64,000 bases of DNA from the human T2T-CHM13v2.0 reference genome, Homo sapiens. Each line of letters begins with the position of its first letter. The first letter of the stretch is position 1. The position numbers and the translations under genes are program-made. Under the pieces are notes generated by a model that worked only from the letters and a program-made list of their open reading frames with translations, had not been told where the DNA came from and ran no database searches. Location of the stretch: the NCBI RefSeq assembly GCF_009914755.1, contig NC_060939.1, one strand, 5' to 3'. Shown here piece by piece: positions 1 through 14,180 of this stretch.

Positions 1-972
1 CAATATTCATTTGGTTCAGTCTTATTGCACAGATAGGCAATTAAAGCATTTTAAATGGGCTGTGCTTAAGTGTGGTCCCCCTCTCATGTACTCCTATAGC
101 AGGCTTTAAAACACTGCATTGCCCTTAAAGATCTGCTTCTTGGATTTGGGCTGTTGAGCTCTTTTCCTTCTTCCACATCATTCCCTCAACTTCTCAAGAA
201 GTTGTCAACTTGAGATGCTGACACATTCTGCAAGTGCACAGGGACACAGCCCTAAGAGTGATCAGCTACCCCCAGTGCCCATCAGTGGTTCAGTGAAGGA
301 CGGCATCCCTGCTTGGAATTTGACCATTCAGTCTGCCGGTTACCAAAACCATGTTCATGCTTTAGTGTAAAGGTTTAGCATCAAGGTTACGTCCCAGTTG
401 ATGCTTCAAATCCAAACTTCCCCCTTCCCTGGGCTCCTGTGGTCTTTTGTTCTCTTGCAGCGCTTCCGGACTGTGGTTAGCTGATTATAGTTATTTTTTC
501 CTACATCATTAGGTGGTGAGCTTCTCCGGGACAAAGTCTGTCTCATTATTCATCTTTGTTTGTAGCAGGTGCCTGACAAATACTGATAGAATTAAAATAA
601 CTTTTGTTTGTCTCACATTTTGATAAATGAACAGGGCTATATTTACCTGAACGTTTATGATTTCATACATGGACAGCATATTTCCTCTTGGGCTTTTCTC
701 TTCCTAGACTGGATAGATTTAATGATTTTAGTTTTATGTCACAGGACAACCCTCCACCTGGAAGAACTGAAGTTCTATTAAGTTTAGGGGTTTCTGGCTA
801 ATTTGTAAATTGTTGAGAAAGAATCCACCTTGTTCTGGTCAAAAGGTGACAAATATAGTTAACTTCAACAAAGGGCAGAGAGTCAACTATTGTTTCTGCC
901 AATGATTACTTTTGTTATATGCTTGAGATCAGATACTAGTCATTTGTATCCCAGTTAACTTAATATAGATAG

Positions 973-1401
<429 letters not shown>

Positions 1402-1859
1402 ACTTTACCTAATTCTTATAGGCAATATTTTCTTTGGTACTTGGGACTTTTTTTAAAGAATAGTATCCTCAAATTGGAATTAGTGTGTCAAATAATATGA
1501 ATGCTTTTCTGATTCAATTGGATTTTTAATTTTTATACTTACTCAAATAATTTATACTGACTGTTGAAAAATAGATAAGCAATTAATAATAAAGAAAGTC
1601 CCCCTTGCTTTCACTATTTAAACTACTATAAATATTTTTATGTATATTTGTGTACACTTTTTTCTTTACATGGATGTTTATTTCACAAAATGTGGAATCT
1701 TACTGTTTATGCTATTACATAGCTTATTTTTTTAAATTATTGTGAATTTTTTCAGCTATAAAAAGATATTTTCTCAAAAAAAATTTTTTTTCAAAAGAAT
1801 ATATTTTTTCAACACAGTTTTAATAATTGCACTGTATTCCATGGAATAATAATACTAAT

Positions 1860-2020
1860 AGTTAACATTTGTTTTGTAATTTCTATATGCTATGCAATAT
1901 TCTATTTGTTTTATATACCTAAGCTCATTTAATCATCACAATAACCCTGTGAGATAGGTACTATTACTCTATTTTAGCAAAAAAAATTATGCATAGAAAT
2001 ATTAAATGACTTGCCTAGTT
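1860..2020 (-). mobile_element. MIR SINE fragment
   Basis: CTCATTTAATCATCACAATAACCCTGTGAGATAGGTACTATTA...AAATGACTTGCC core. Confidence 0.7.
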
Positions 2021-2765
2021 ATGGGCATACCATAAATGTGCATGACCCAGTAGGTCATTGTAGAACATTTTAGTTATTTATTTTTTGTTTGCCATCATAA
2101 GAAATGTTGCTATTAATTCATGAAACAAATATTCACTGAGCTCCCACTCTATGCTGGGTGTTTTGCTAGAAGCTTCGTATGTAAGGGAAAAACTGTTGCA
2201 GAAAGTAGGCTTGGCTGGGAAAGAGACCTATTTGAAAGGATCCTGGCATGAGATGGCGTTTTCTCTCTTCTGTTTGCTCACATCGCGGAGGGGAACTCCA
2301 TACTGCAACAGCAGCCCCTGGCTGGATGTGGTTTTGTCTCTTTCGTCAGCAGGGATATCTCCCGCCCCACTTCCTTGCTCTCTCAGGAAGGCCCCCTCGT
2401 GCTCCGCACACCTGCCAGGGTGGGGCTTGTGGAGTTGACCTTCTTCCTTCCTGAATCAGACAACCAAACCAGAGGTGTAACTTCGGTGGCTGGTCCTGTA
2501 CCTCTGATTCTGTTCTGTGTTCTAAGCAGAGTTTTCACGAACAATGAAAATGCCTGGGAGTGTTCATTGCCAGTTATTAAAGAAAAATGGAATTGGCTAC
2601 TGTACGGTGTAATAGTCCCCAGGTTATTCCACCCTTTCTGGCAGACTATTTACTCATGTACTTTTAGTATACTGAGGGAAGGCTAAGAGATCTCTGGCCA
2701 GTGGGTAGGAAAGAATAAAAAGTCTTTGAGTTTTCAGGTATTTTCTTTTAGTAGTAGCTTCCAGC

Positions 2766-3710
<945 letters not shown>

Positions 3711-4340
3711 TGCATTTTTAATTGCAGTTACCATGAAGTCTGTAAAAGCCAGGCAGTCACAGCCACAGGGCACAATTCCAGAGTGCAGAGGAAGTTTTCC
3801 ATACAACTCTCACCCTCTTGGCAGGGATACCAGGCCTGCATGTCTCGTGGTTGCACATGTTGTTTAGACAATTGTCTCTGTTTGGTGACCCACAGTTTTC
3901 GTACTGATAACCGAGTTTTATTGGCATTGCTGACCTATGAGTCTGATGTCTTTGGTGCAGAGCCTCTATCACAGTTTTACCCAGAATCCCATTGCTTTGG
4001 ACCAATAATAACAACATTCCCTTTGTACAGGTCTTTGCAATTTGCAAAGCACCGTGTTACTTCCCTTTTCTCCAGAGCCTTATGCTCTGCTTTCCAAGGT
4101 GTTGGCCTTAGTATAGCAATGTAACCGCTGCTAAGGTGTGTAATGGCCAATAAGATGCTGGCTTTTCCTCAAGAGACTCACTGAGTCCTAATATTTCCCT
4201 AGTATAAATGTATCAGTAATGATGAAGATGTCAGGTGCTATGATAGAGCAAAATGGCTTTTGAGGCTCCCTCAAAGCTAGTCTTAGAAGACTCCCCCTCT
4301 GTGTGCAGGCCATAAGCTTGGCATCGTTGTAGGAACTTAG

Positions 4341-4657
<317 letters not shown>

Positions 4658-7277
4658 CAAACCAGAAGATTTTTCTACATCTTTCTTCTTATACAAAGAT
4701 CGTTTGTGAAAGAGCTAAGATTGGTGGCAGGTTTTCAGGAAATTTTCCTTTTTTTTTTTTTTTTTGCTAGTTTGTGTTCCTAAATAGTGAACATGCAATC
4801 GCTAAGTTTTTAAAAGAAGCGAAAAATTGATGGTAGGCCCAGCAGTTAGAAGGCCCTGGGGTTACAGTTCTTCCACAGGGCAGTTGCTGTTTATGAGTGT
4901 TCTTTCTTATCTGTAAACCCGTTCTCTATGCCTGAGAGAACATTCCTTACAGCCATGACTCCTTAAAAAGGATAGCCTTTGCAAAAGATTCTTGTCAAAT
5001 GTTTTTCATCATCTATAAATCACACACAACTGTTTCCCCCAACATTAGCATCAATGTGTATGCCAGTTTCCTCTGAAAATGTCAAGCATGACTGCTCCTT
5101 AGAGAAACCATGTTTCTACCTCTCTTCCTCACCAAAGTTTATAAATTCCCAAGCATTCTCTGTGTTAACATTTTATTGTGTGTCACCTCACCCTGAAAAA
5201 AAAAAAAAGATAACTAGATTCTGTGCGTGAACCCCCTTCAAAACTCAACTCCCAGGAGAGCTGTGTGTTTTCTAAGCCTGAGCAGCTCAGAATCCTGGTT
5301 CATGAAGGCTTGTGGTCTAAGGGCTGGTTATTTCTTGTTTAAATTCAAATTAATTTCCCAGCTCCAGTGCAAATATATCCTTGCAATACTATACGACACC
5401 ACTTTCTGGTACAGTCCACCTGCCTGTTTCCTGTGCTGTGTTATATCACTCATAGGAAATTCTAATATTCCAATGAGCAACCAGCCTGGAAAATAAAGCA
5501 ATTCAAATACCTGGGAATGATGGGCTTATTACCATTGCTCCATTTCCCTGTGATATTTATTCATCAGAGATGAATTGCTTCTTTGTGATTTCAGAGGTCA
5601 TCTCATCTAGTCCCAGGGAGGACTATGTCTAAACTAACCCAAACTGTGACTGTTCATTAGAGTCTTAAAATTTTATGGCTATAGAAAGATGACATCTTTG
5701 ACTAAGAATTACTTCCACTGTCTATTTTTTATGAATTTTGGAAGTTCTACTTCAGTATAATCTGAATTTTTTTTGCTGCATTGTCTGTCATTTTGCATGC
5801 AATGCAGAAAAAAAAAATTCCACTCTGCATGCTAGAGTGGATCTGGTAACTGAGAATAATAGCCATTATGTATTGAGCACATATTATGTGCCAGAAACCA
5901 TACATAGTGCTTTACAAGCATTACTTTATTTTATTCTCAAAACAGCCCTATAACGTATGTATTTTTTTTTCAGCCTTTTCCAGATGAGGAAGAAAAGGCC
6001 TTGAGACATGAACTAGCTCAGCGAGATGGCATAGTTAGACTTTTGGTTAAACAGGGCAGGTTGACATGCTTGGGTAGTACTGTTCCTTCCTGAAACCCCA
6101 TGAAAATGACACTGAAGGGATTTTTTAACTTGATAATACAAGAATGATAAAAGAGAATAGGAGAGTAAGCAAGAGCAATGGCATCTGGGAAGCCGGAAGG
6201 AGAGGGCAAAGTGTCAATTTAACAGACCAGAAAATGGCACAGCCTATGTGGTTGGGGGTGAAGTTTGAAGTAGGCAGAGTCCTCTGAAAATGGGCACAGG
6301 TGGAGCTAAAAATAGGATTTGTTGAAAGTTTGTATATTAAATATTTCAATGTCCCTAGATCCTCTCCCTCCTGCTGCTAGAAGACTAGATATTTCTTCTC
6401 TGGAGCTGCCAGCTTTGGGCAGCAGCATAGCTGAGGACAGGGTACCATGCCACATGGGGGATTGAGTGAGTATATGTGCTGAGTGGTGACACCACTGGCC
6501 TCCTCCCCAGGCCCAGCTCCAAGAGCACTGGCAGCCAGGTTGATCTCTTCCAAGCAGGAGCCTCGAGGATTCCTTTCTAGGGAAGATGTCTGGCAGCTCA
6601 GGCATAGAATTTAAAAGATGTTGAGGGTTGGGAGTACCTTGGTGAAACTGCTCAGTGGTTTACCCTCTGGTGAATTCTATAGTTGATGAATGTCACCCCA
6701 TCAACTATTGGGTGCCTCACTCTGAAATATGAGCGAACAGTCAAGGGTCATCAGGCATTTGAGAGAAGTCCTTAATATCAAAGACATAGACAAAAACAAA
6801 AACAAAAACAAACAAAACAAAACAAGGAACTAGGGATGAAACAAGCAATCTGGGCAGCAGCAAGAAACCTGTACCATAGCAACAACAACAAAGTCCTGTG
6901 ATTGATTCATCTTCAGAGATTACATAGACAAGCACAAGAGGTTAGCATAGCAGAGAACCAAAATGATCCTTGGAACTTCAAAGTTGAGAGCAGAAAGAAA
7001 AACTAAATGTAATGGTTAGAAAATGAGGTTAATTGAAGTAATTATCCAGAAAGTTGAGTAATAACATAAATGAGGTGAAAAACAGGAGAGAAAACATAAT
7101 AAAATTAGAGGATCAGTCCAAGGAGTTCCATAGACTAGGAACAGAGAATATGGAAGGGAGAAGGACGCAATTCAAGAAATTTCTCCATTTCTGAAAGACG
7201 TGAATCTATAGATATGTAAAAGGTCCACAGAGTGCCAAGCACAATGCATGAAAAACACCCACAACAATGCATGTGCC

Positions 7278-8231
7278 CAGCCCCCACTTATCCCTGGGAA
7301 ATGTGTCCCAAGACCCCCAGTGGTGGCCTGAAACCTCGGATAGTACCTGCTGTAGTTTGGAGGTTTGACCATGCCAAACCTCATGTTGAAATTTGATCCC
7401 CAATGCTGGAGGTGGAGCCTATGGGAGATGTTTGGGTCATGGGGACAGATTACCCATGTACAGATTAATGCCCTTTCTTGGGGGCGAGTGACTTCTTACA
7501 CTATTAGTTCCTAATTGAACTGGTTGTGAAAAACAGCCTGGCACCTCCCCTCCTCTCTCTTGCTTCCTCTTTCGCTGTGTGATCTCTGCACATGCTGGCT
7601 CCCCTTCACCTTCTGTCATGAGTGGAAGCAGCCTGAGGCCCTCAGCAGAAGCAGATGCTGGTGCCATGCTTGTACAGCCTACAGAACCGTGAGCCAAACA
7701 GGCTTATTTTATTCATAAATTAACCAACCTGAGGTATTACATTATGGCAACACAAAATGAACCAAGAGAGTACCAAACCCTATGTATACAACATTTTCTT
7801 TCCTATACATACAAACCTGTGATAAAGTTTAATTTATAAATCAGACACAGTAAGAGATCAACAACAATAATAAAGTGGAACAATTATAACAATATGCCAG
7901 GATCACTACTCTTGTGCTTTGGGACCATTGCTAAGTAAAATAAGGGTTCCCTGAACACTAGCACTGAGATGTTGCAATAGTTAAATTGATAATGGAGATG
8001 GCTACTAGGTGACTAACGAGCAGGTAGCATATAGAGCTGGACAAAGGCATGATTCATATCCTGGGCTGGATGAAGTAGGACAGCTTGAGATTTCATCACG
8101 CTACTGAGAATGGCATGCAATTTAAAAATTATGAGTTGTTTATTTCTGGAATTTTTCACTTAATATTTTTGAGCCGTGGTTGACCACAGGTAACAGAAAC
8201 TGTGGAAACTGTGGATAAGGGGGCACTACTG
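7278..8231 (+). mobile_element. MER44B-like (TcMar-Tigger) DNA transposon split by an LTR
   Basis: 5' CCCCCACTTATCC...CAAGACCCCCAGTGG...GGATAGTACC and 3' GTGGATAAGGGGGCACTACTG followed by TA; internal match to recalled MER44B consensus. Confidence 0.85.
7348..7769 (+). mobile_element. MST-family MaLR solo LTR
   Basis: Starts TGCTGTAGTTTGG...AAACCTCATGTTGAAATTTGATCCCCAATG; 5-bp TSD GTACC at 7343-7347 and 7770-7774. Confidence 0.9.
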
Positions 8232-9630
8232 TAATTATGAAGCTTCAGACCATCAGAGACAAAGATAAGGCCCTAAAATCCGTAGGGGGAGGCAAGGCAA
8301 GATCAGGAATCAGGATGGCATCAGACTTCTCAAGAAAAGCAACATTAGATGCCAAAAGCCGTGCAGCAATGCCTTCCAAATTCTAAGAGAGAATTACTTC
8401 TCTATCCCTAGAATCCTGTACATGTCCAAACTATCAATCAAGACAGTTTCAGAAATACAATGTCTTGAAATCCTTAATTCCTATTTACCCTTGGGTATAT
8501 TCCTCCAAAATGAGGGAATTATCCAAAAAAAAGGACAGCATGAGATAAAGGAAGCAGGTAACGCATCCCAGGAGATAATGCCCAGAGGACACCCTGGATG
8601 ATGGCAAGCGAAGCCCCAGGATGGCACCATGGGGCTGCCTGGAGCCCCACCAGTCCAAGCTGGAGCAGGAGTTTAGAGAGCTCTTCCGGGAAGTGGAGGT
8701 GGAGGCTGTCTCCAGAAAAAAAATGCTGTTGACATATGACCGGATGAGTTTGGTCATGTGACACACTGTCACTTTTGAAGGAAAGCTAGTGATGACTTAG
8801 TGATAAGTATTAATACATAAAAAGCTAAATAAGTGGAGAAAAGGTGGTAGTTGTTAGCTTCAGGAAAAACAAAAAGTTGTATACGAAAGAAAATATTACT
8901 ATAAAATGCACTTCATGGCCTGTGACTGATGATCACGCGGTCATAGAGCATAAGCCGTGATTATTGATTTAAACAAAATTACGATATAACTGTATTTGAA
9001 GAATGAGGGGGCATGTGGGAGGAAGATTTAAGAGACCAAAACCTCAGTTTCCACATGGAGAGTCACTAGATGGGATCTAAAATTTAAACAAAATCCAGAT
9101 ATGGGCATATAAGTGTGTAATTGAAATATATGCTGATAAATACCAGAAGAAATAGCTTAAAGAGTTAAAAGTGGCTGTGACTACGCAATGGGGATCAAGG
9201 GGCAAGAGGGTGCTAATTTTCATTATAAACTTGTAGAACCACTGGACTTTTAAAACCATGTGTGTGTATAATTTTGTCTTCTTTTCATTAAATGTTGCAA
9301 AATCAGCATTTGAACCCAATTCTGGTCTGAATCCAAACCTTATTCTATTATCTCAATTTTGCCTCTCAAAATAATTGCTTAACATTTATTTGCCTTTGGA
9401 TTTTAATTTTTTTGAGTCAATTTCTGATGTGTGCTGTTGACTCAACAATCTACAAACTCCACATGTGTATGGTCCGTGCTTATTTTGCTGACCATTGGAT
9501 TCCCAGTGTCCAGTGGAGCATCTGGAAACAGTTAGGCTCTCAAAAAACATTTGTTTGTCATTAGGTCCATTTTCTGAGTCTCTAAATTTCAATTCTTGAA
9601 TATCCACATCCCTCTTAAAGACTGTTTCTG

Positions 9631-9941
9631 GGCCAGGTGTGGCGGCTCACACCTGTAACCCCAGCACTTTGGGAGGCCAAGGGAGGCAGATCGCTTGAGC
9701 TCAGGAGTTTGAGACCAGCCTGGGCAACATGGTGAAACCCCATCTCTTCAAAGCATACAAAAATTAGTCAGGTGTGGTGATGTGTGCCTGTAGTCCCAGC
9801 TACTTGGGAGTCTGAGGCAGAAGGATCATCTGAGCCTGAGGTGGTTGAGGCTGCAGTGAGCCGTGATTGAGCCACTGCACTCCTGCCTGGGCGACAGAGT
9901 GAGACCCCATCTCAAAACAAACAAACAAAAACACAACAAAA
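9631..9941 (+). mobile_element. AluJ SINE
   Basis: AluJ diagnostics; 14-bp TSD AAAGACTGTTTCTG at 9617-9630 and 9942-9955 with TT|AAAG endonuclease site. Confidence 0.95.
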
Positions 9942-11202
9942 AAAGACTGTTTCTGTGCTGCACTCAGATGTGAACACCATAACAGATGCATATGCAGAAG
10001 TGAATTGCAGTTGTATGATCCCCTTAGAGCATTCAGGATCTGAATGATGGGAGCTCGCTGCTTAAGACCTTTTGATTTCCCTGAAAAAGATGCCATTCCG
10101 GGGCTGTTTTGTCTGCACCATGCAGGCTGCAATTCCCTTGCTGGCTGGCTCCTCTTGGTGAGGTTCTCCTGCAGGCAGTCTGGTCTAGAATTGAATTACA
10201 CTAGATGTTATCTTATACTTTAACTAAGTGGCTGAAGCGTCCTTTCTTTGCTTCCTCCTTCACTCCTTTTCTCCTTTCATCTTGTCCTTCCTTCAGTCAA
10301 CACATTTGAGCACCTACTACTTCGTAGGCACAGGGAAGGAGATGTGTGGGGAGAAACCTGAGAAAATAAAAGGTGATTAATATTGTCCTTACCCACAACT
10401 AAGTGAGGAAGCTGGCTATCCAATCAGCTTTCCAATGAAAGCGAGGACAGAAGGAAGTAGGAGCTTAACGGTGAAGCCTGGGATGCAGTAAGAGGGGTGG
10501 GAATGCAGAAGGAGCATGTGTTCCGACTGGGGATCAGAGAAGACTTGATGGGCAGCTTGGGACTCACAGGAAGAGAGCCAGGGCTCTGAATGTGGAGTAG
10601 ACAGGACAGAGGCCCACAGAGGCCTTAGGTCCTCCATGGCAGGACCCCAGTAAACTTGTAATACGACTGAACAAAATCCTCAGAAATGCTGATGGGATGT
10701 GGGGACAAACTGGGGTGGCCCTACTGCCATCTAGAAGAGGAAGCAGAAATAAGGCCGCAGGCTTCTGCTCAACTGGAGCCCACTCCTGGGCCTCTGAGTG
10801 AGGCCCAGCTGTTAGGGTCAATTGGCTGCAATCATCCAAAACTCACTGAGATGACCTCAAGTGGCAGAAAGAACTTGTTCTATGGTTGGAGGGATGTCTC
10901 ACAGAGCCCACGAACAGGGAATTTGAATCAGGGATGGGGACATTGCAGGAACCCTGCAAGTTCTTTCTCCCCATTGCTTCCTCTGCTTCCCCTGCCTGTG
11001 TCAGGTTCTTCCTCTGAATCCCAGTCTGCATGGTAGAAAATAGCCTCTGAGTTTGTACGTGGATAGAGCAGCTAGACAGGGACTTGGGGAAGGGATAAGA
11101 TATACCTAGTTTGAGTGCCAAGTTCTGGAAGGTCGGAGGGGAGGCCCCAGTGGGAAACACATGCTTCTTATGGAGCCAGAATTCATCTAATTGAGTTGGA
11201 GT

Positions 11203-11385
11203 TTGCGAAACCCCTTCTCTGCAAAAAAATACAAAAGTTAGCTAGGTGTGATGCTATATGCCTGTAGTCCCAGCTACTTGGGAGGCTGAGGCAAGAGAAT
11301 CCCCTGAGCCCAGGGAGGTTGAGGCTGCAGTGAGTCGTGATTGAGCCACTGAACTCCATCCTGGGCAACAGAGCGAGTAGCCCTG
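11203..11385 (+). mobile_element. Truncated Alu (linker plus right arm, AluJ-like)
   Basis: AAAAAAATACAAAAGTTAGCTAGG...CTGGGCAACAGAGCGAG. Confidence 0.85.
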
Positions 11386-11664
11386 AAGTCTGTCATCTTG
11401 GCCCTGATGTCTTCTTTGAGCGAGTTTATCTTGTGCTATGATGTTCCCGTGAACTCCAGGCCACATCAATAGGCCCCTCCACCTTGGGTGGGGGGCTGGC
11501 CTGGGTAAGCTTTAAGGATATCTTCAGAGAAGTCATTTACTTGTGTTGGAACAAAAATAGGTCTTGCATAGCAGCAGGGACAGAACTGACTTGGAGGTCG
11601 GAACAGGGTCCCAGTTCCCCCTTGGGGGTCCCAATTCCAGTTCCTCTTCTTATTAGCTTTGTAA

Positions 11665-11945
11665 CCACTACCACCCTGCAGCTATTGAGTGCTCACATTG
11701 TAGCCAGTACACATCGAAATGACCTGAGTGTAAAATACACGATGAATTTTGAAGATTTAGTACAAGAAAATGTAAAATATCTCATTACTATTTTACTAGT
11801 AACATAATATTAATGTTAAATGATAATATTTCAATATATTGGGTTAAATAAAATATATGAGTAAAATCAAGTTTACCTGTTTCCTTTTATTGTCAATAAA
11901 TATGGCTATTAGAAAGATTAAAATTACAAAAATGGCTCACGTTCT
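11665..11945. mobile_element. MER33/MER3-like hAT-Charlie DNA transposon fragment
   Basis: GTGTAAAATACAC...GAAGATTTAGTACAAG...ATATATTGGGTTAAATAAAATATAT...AAAATTACA resembles recalled MER33. Confidence 0.7.
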
Positions 11946-13357
11946 TTTGGTTTTCCCCTCTAGACTCTAAACCTAACAGATTGCCTTTATTGAAAAGAAC
12001 AAAATCACACAGTCTTGGCACAACTTTAGAAATTTGGGGAAAGATGCGTATGAAATCTCAATATCTTAGCCTCTGTTTAATGTTAATTACCACATTGTCC
12101 TTCAGGGATGCAAATCCTGGCCCAACCTATAGCTGCCCCTCCCTCTGCTCTGCCTGCTGGCAAGACGGCCCAGGCCATGGGGGACAAGATGAGGACAATG
12201 ATTCCTGACACAAGGCTCTATGCACCCTTTGGGCCTGGTGATGTTCTCATGGGGACCTGCAGGCCATTCCGCTACTCTGAAAAGCTTGACGGAAAGAAAA
12301 TGTACAGCTTCCCAAGCACTGCTGCCTTGGCTGATGGGATCATTGCTTCTTGGCTTGGGGCCAACAGCAATCCAGCCAGGCAAGGTTGGTGGTCTCAGCT
12401 CGTTAGAAGCTCTAATTGGCAATTGTTAATCTCCTTGATTAATAGAAATGTTGAAAACAAATTAATTACTCATTAAAATGTAATTGGATAGACAAAAACT
12501 TTCCAAATGTGCTATTCATAGCGAGTGTGACTGAAAGATGTCCTTGGCAATGGAGAGTTTGGGAACCACTGACAGAAGCAATTGTATTCGTCAGGGTCCT
12601 GGTTCTTGCATGTTCCGTCTCCACATTTGGTTGGTAGGTGATGGAGTTCCCCTTCACTTTCCTCCAGGGATGTGTCCTCGACATGTCCATCCCCTTGAAA
12701 TTCATAGAATTTTGAGATTTGGAAGACTTCCATCATGTCGCCACTGGGGATGATGAGCAACCTGTCATGGCTGTCACAGCCCTGTGACCAAACCCCTCGC
12801 CCTTTGTTCAGCCCCACTTCCTCCTCAGCTTGGAAGGCACCATGCTTCAAACTATCCCATCTCTGAGAACTCACAGTCAGAGCGGCAACCACTAATTCCT
12901 CAGGTTATGTGCAGCTCTGCAAGCCATTGCTCCACTCTCAGAACCAGTTCTTTACCCTTCCTGAGACTACAGGTGCCTGGGCCCCTCCTGGTGCATTAAC
13001 ATATCACCCTCCACTCAAGCCGCTGGCTCCAGCTCCCACGCTCAGGGAGGCAACATTGACTTTATGAGAGCATCTACCTTATTGGAAGGATGTGATAGAA
13101 TATATATGTATATATGTACATAGACATGTGTAACATAAAATGAGAGAATGTGGACAAAGCTTTCTATAGTGTCTGGTCTGTAGATGCTCTCAGCAACTGT
13201 TAACTCTTGTTGCTTATTACTGACTTGTTCTTTTCATGTGCTGTTTTCCCCTCAACCATTGAGACTGCTCAGAGAAAGTAAGAAAATCAGACTGATTGGC
13301 TCCGCTACAAAGTCATGATACTTACTCCCCTGCCGGACTCCCCATGGTCTGGCAATC

Positions 13358-13359
<2 letters not shown>

Positions 13360-13390
<31 letters not shown>
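13360..13390. repeat. (TG)n microsatellite
   Basis: About 15 TG units at the tail position of the adjacent antisense L1. Confidence 0.95.
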
Positions 13391-13394
<4 letters not shown>

Positions 13395-14180
13395 GTTTTA
13401 TCCACAAATATGTGTATCGCTATAATTCACGTACCATACAATTCACCCATTTAAAGTGTACAAACCAATGGTTTTTAGAATATTTACAGAATTGTGCAAC
13501 CATTACCACAATCAATTTTAGAACATATTCATGATTCTAAAAAGAAATTCCATACTCTTTAGGAGTCCTTCCAGACCTGGGCAATCACTAATATACTTTT
13601 TTTTTCCTCTTTGGATGTGCCTATTACAGACATTTCATACAAACGAAACCATGCAAGATATAGTCTTTGTGACTGGCTTTTCTTCAGTTAGCATAATGTT
13701 TTCAAGGTTCACCCATCTTGTAGAATGTATCAGTACTCAATTCCCTTTCATGACTAAATAACATGCTGTTTGTGAACATACTACATACTGCTTCTTCATT
13801 TATAAGTTGATGGGCATTTGGGTTGTTTGCTCTTTTTGACCGTTGTGAATAATGCTGCTATGAGAATTTGTGTACAAATTTCTGAGTGGACTTATATATA
13901 TATATCTTTGGTATGTATCTTTTGGATATATACTTGACAGTAAAATTGTTGGACCTATGTTAAGTCTATATGTAACCATCTGAGGAACTGCTAGACTGTT
14001 TTCCAAAGTGATCAGTCAGTTTTCCATTCCCACCAGCGCAAATGAGGGTTCTGATTTCTCCATATCTCACCAACACTTGTTATTATCTTTCTAATTATAG
14101 CCACTCATGTATGTGAAGTAGTGTCTTATTGTAATTTTGATTTGCATATCCCTGATGGCTAATAATGTTGATCGGCTTGG
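13391..14180 (-). mobile_element. Old L1M (L1MB-type) 3' fragment
   Basis: TTCACCCATTTAAAGTGTACA...TTTGCATATCCCTGATGGCTAATAATGTTGA antisense L1 motifs. Confidence 0.85.

Larger units (their letters stand above)
6900..9290 (+). mobile_element. Ancient HAL1/L1M ORF1-like LINE remnant, interrupted by MER44 and an MST LTR
   Basis: Degenerate L1 ORF1-like sequence on both sides of 7278-8231 (e.g. GGATGGCATCAGACTTCTCAA, CCTAGAATCCTGTACATGTCCAAACTATCAATCAAG); boundaries approximate. Confidence 0.6.
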
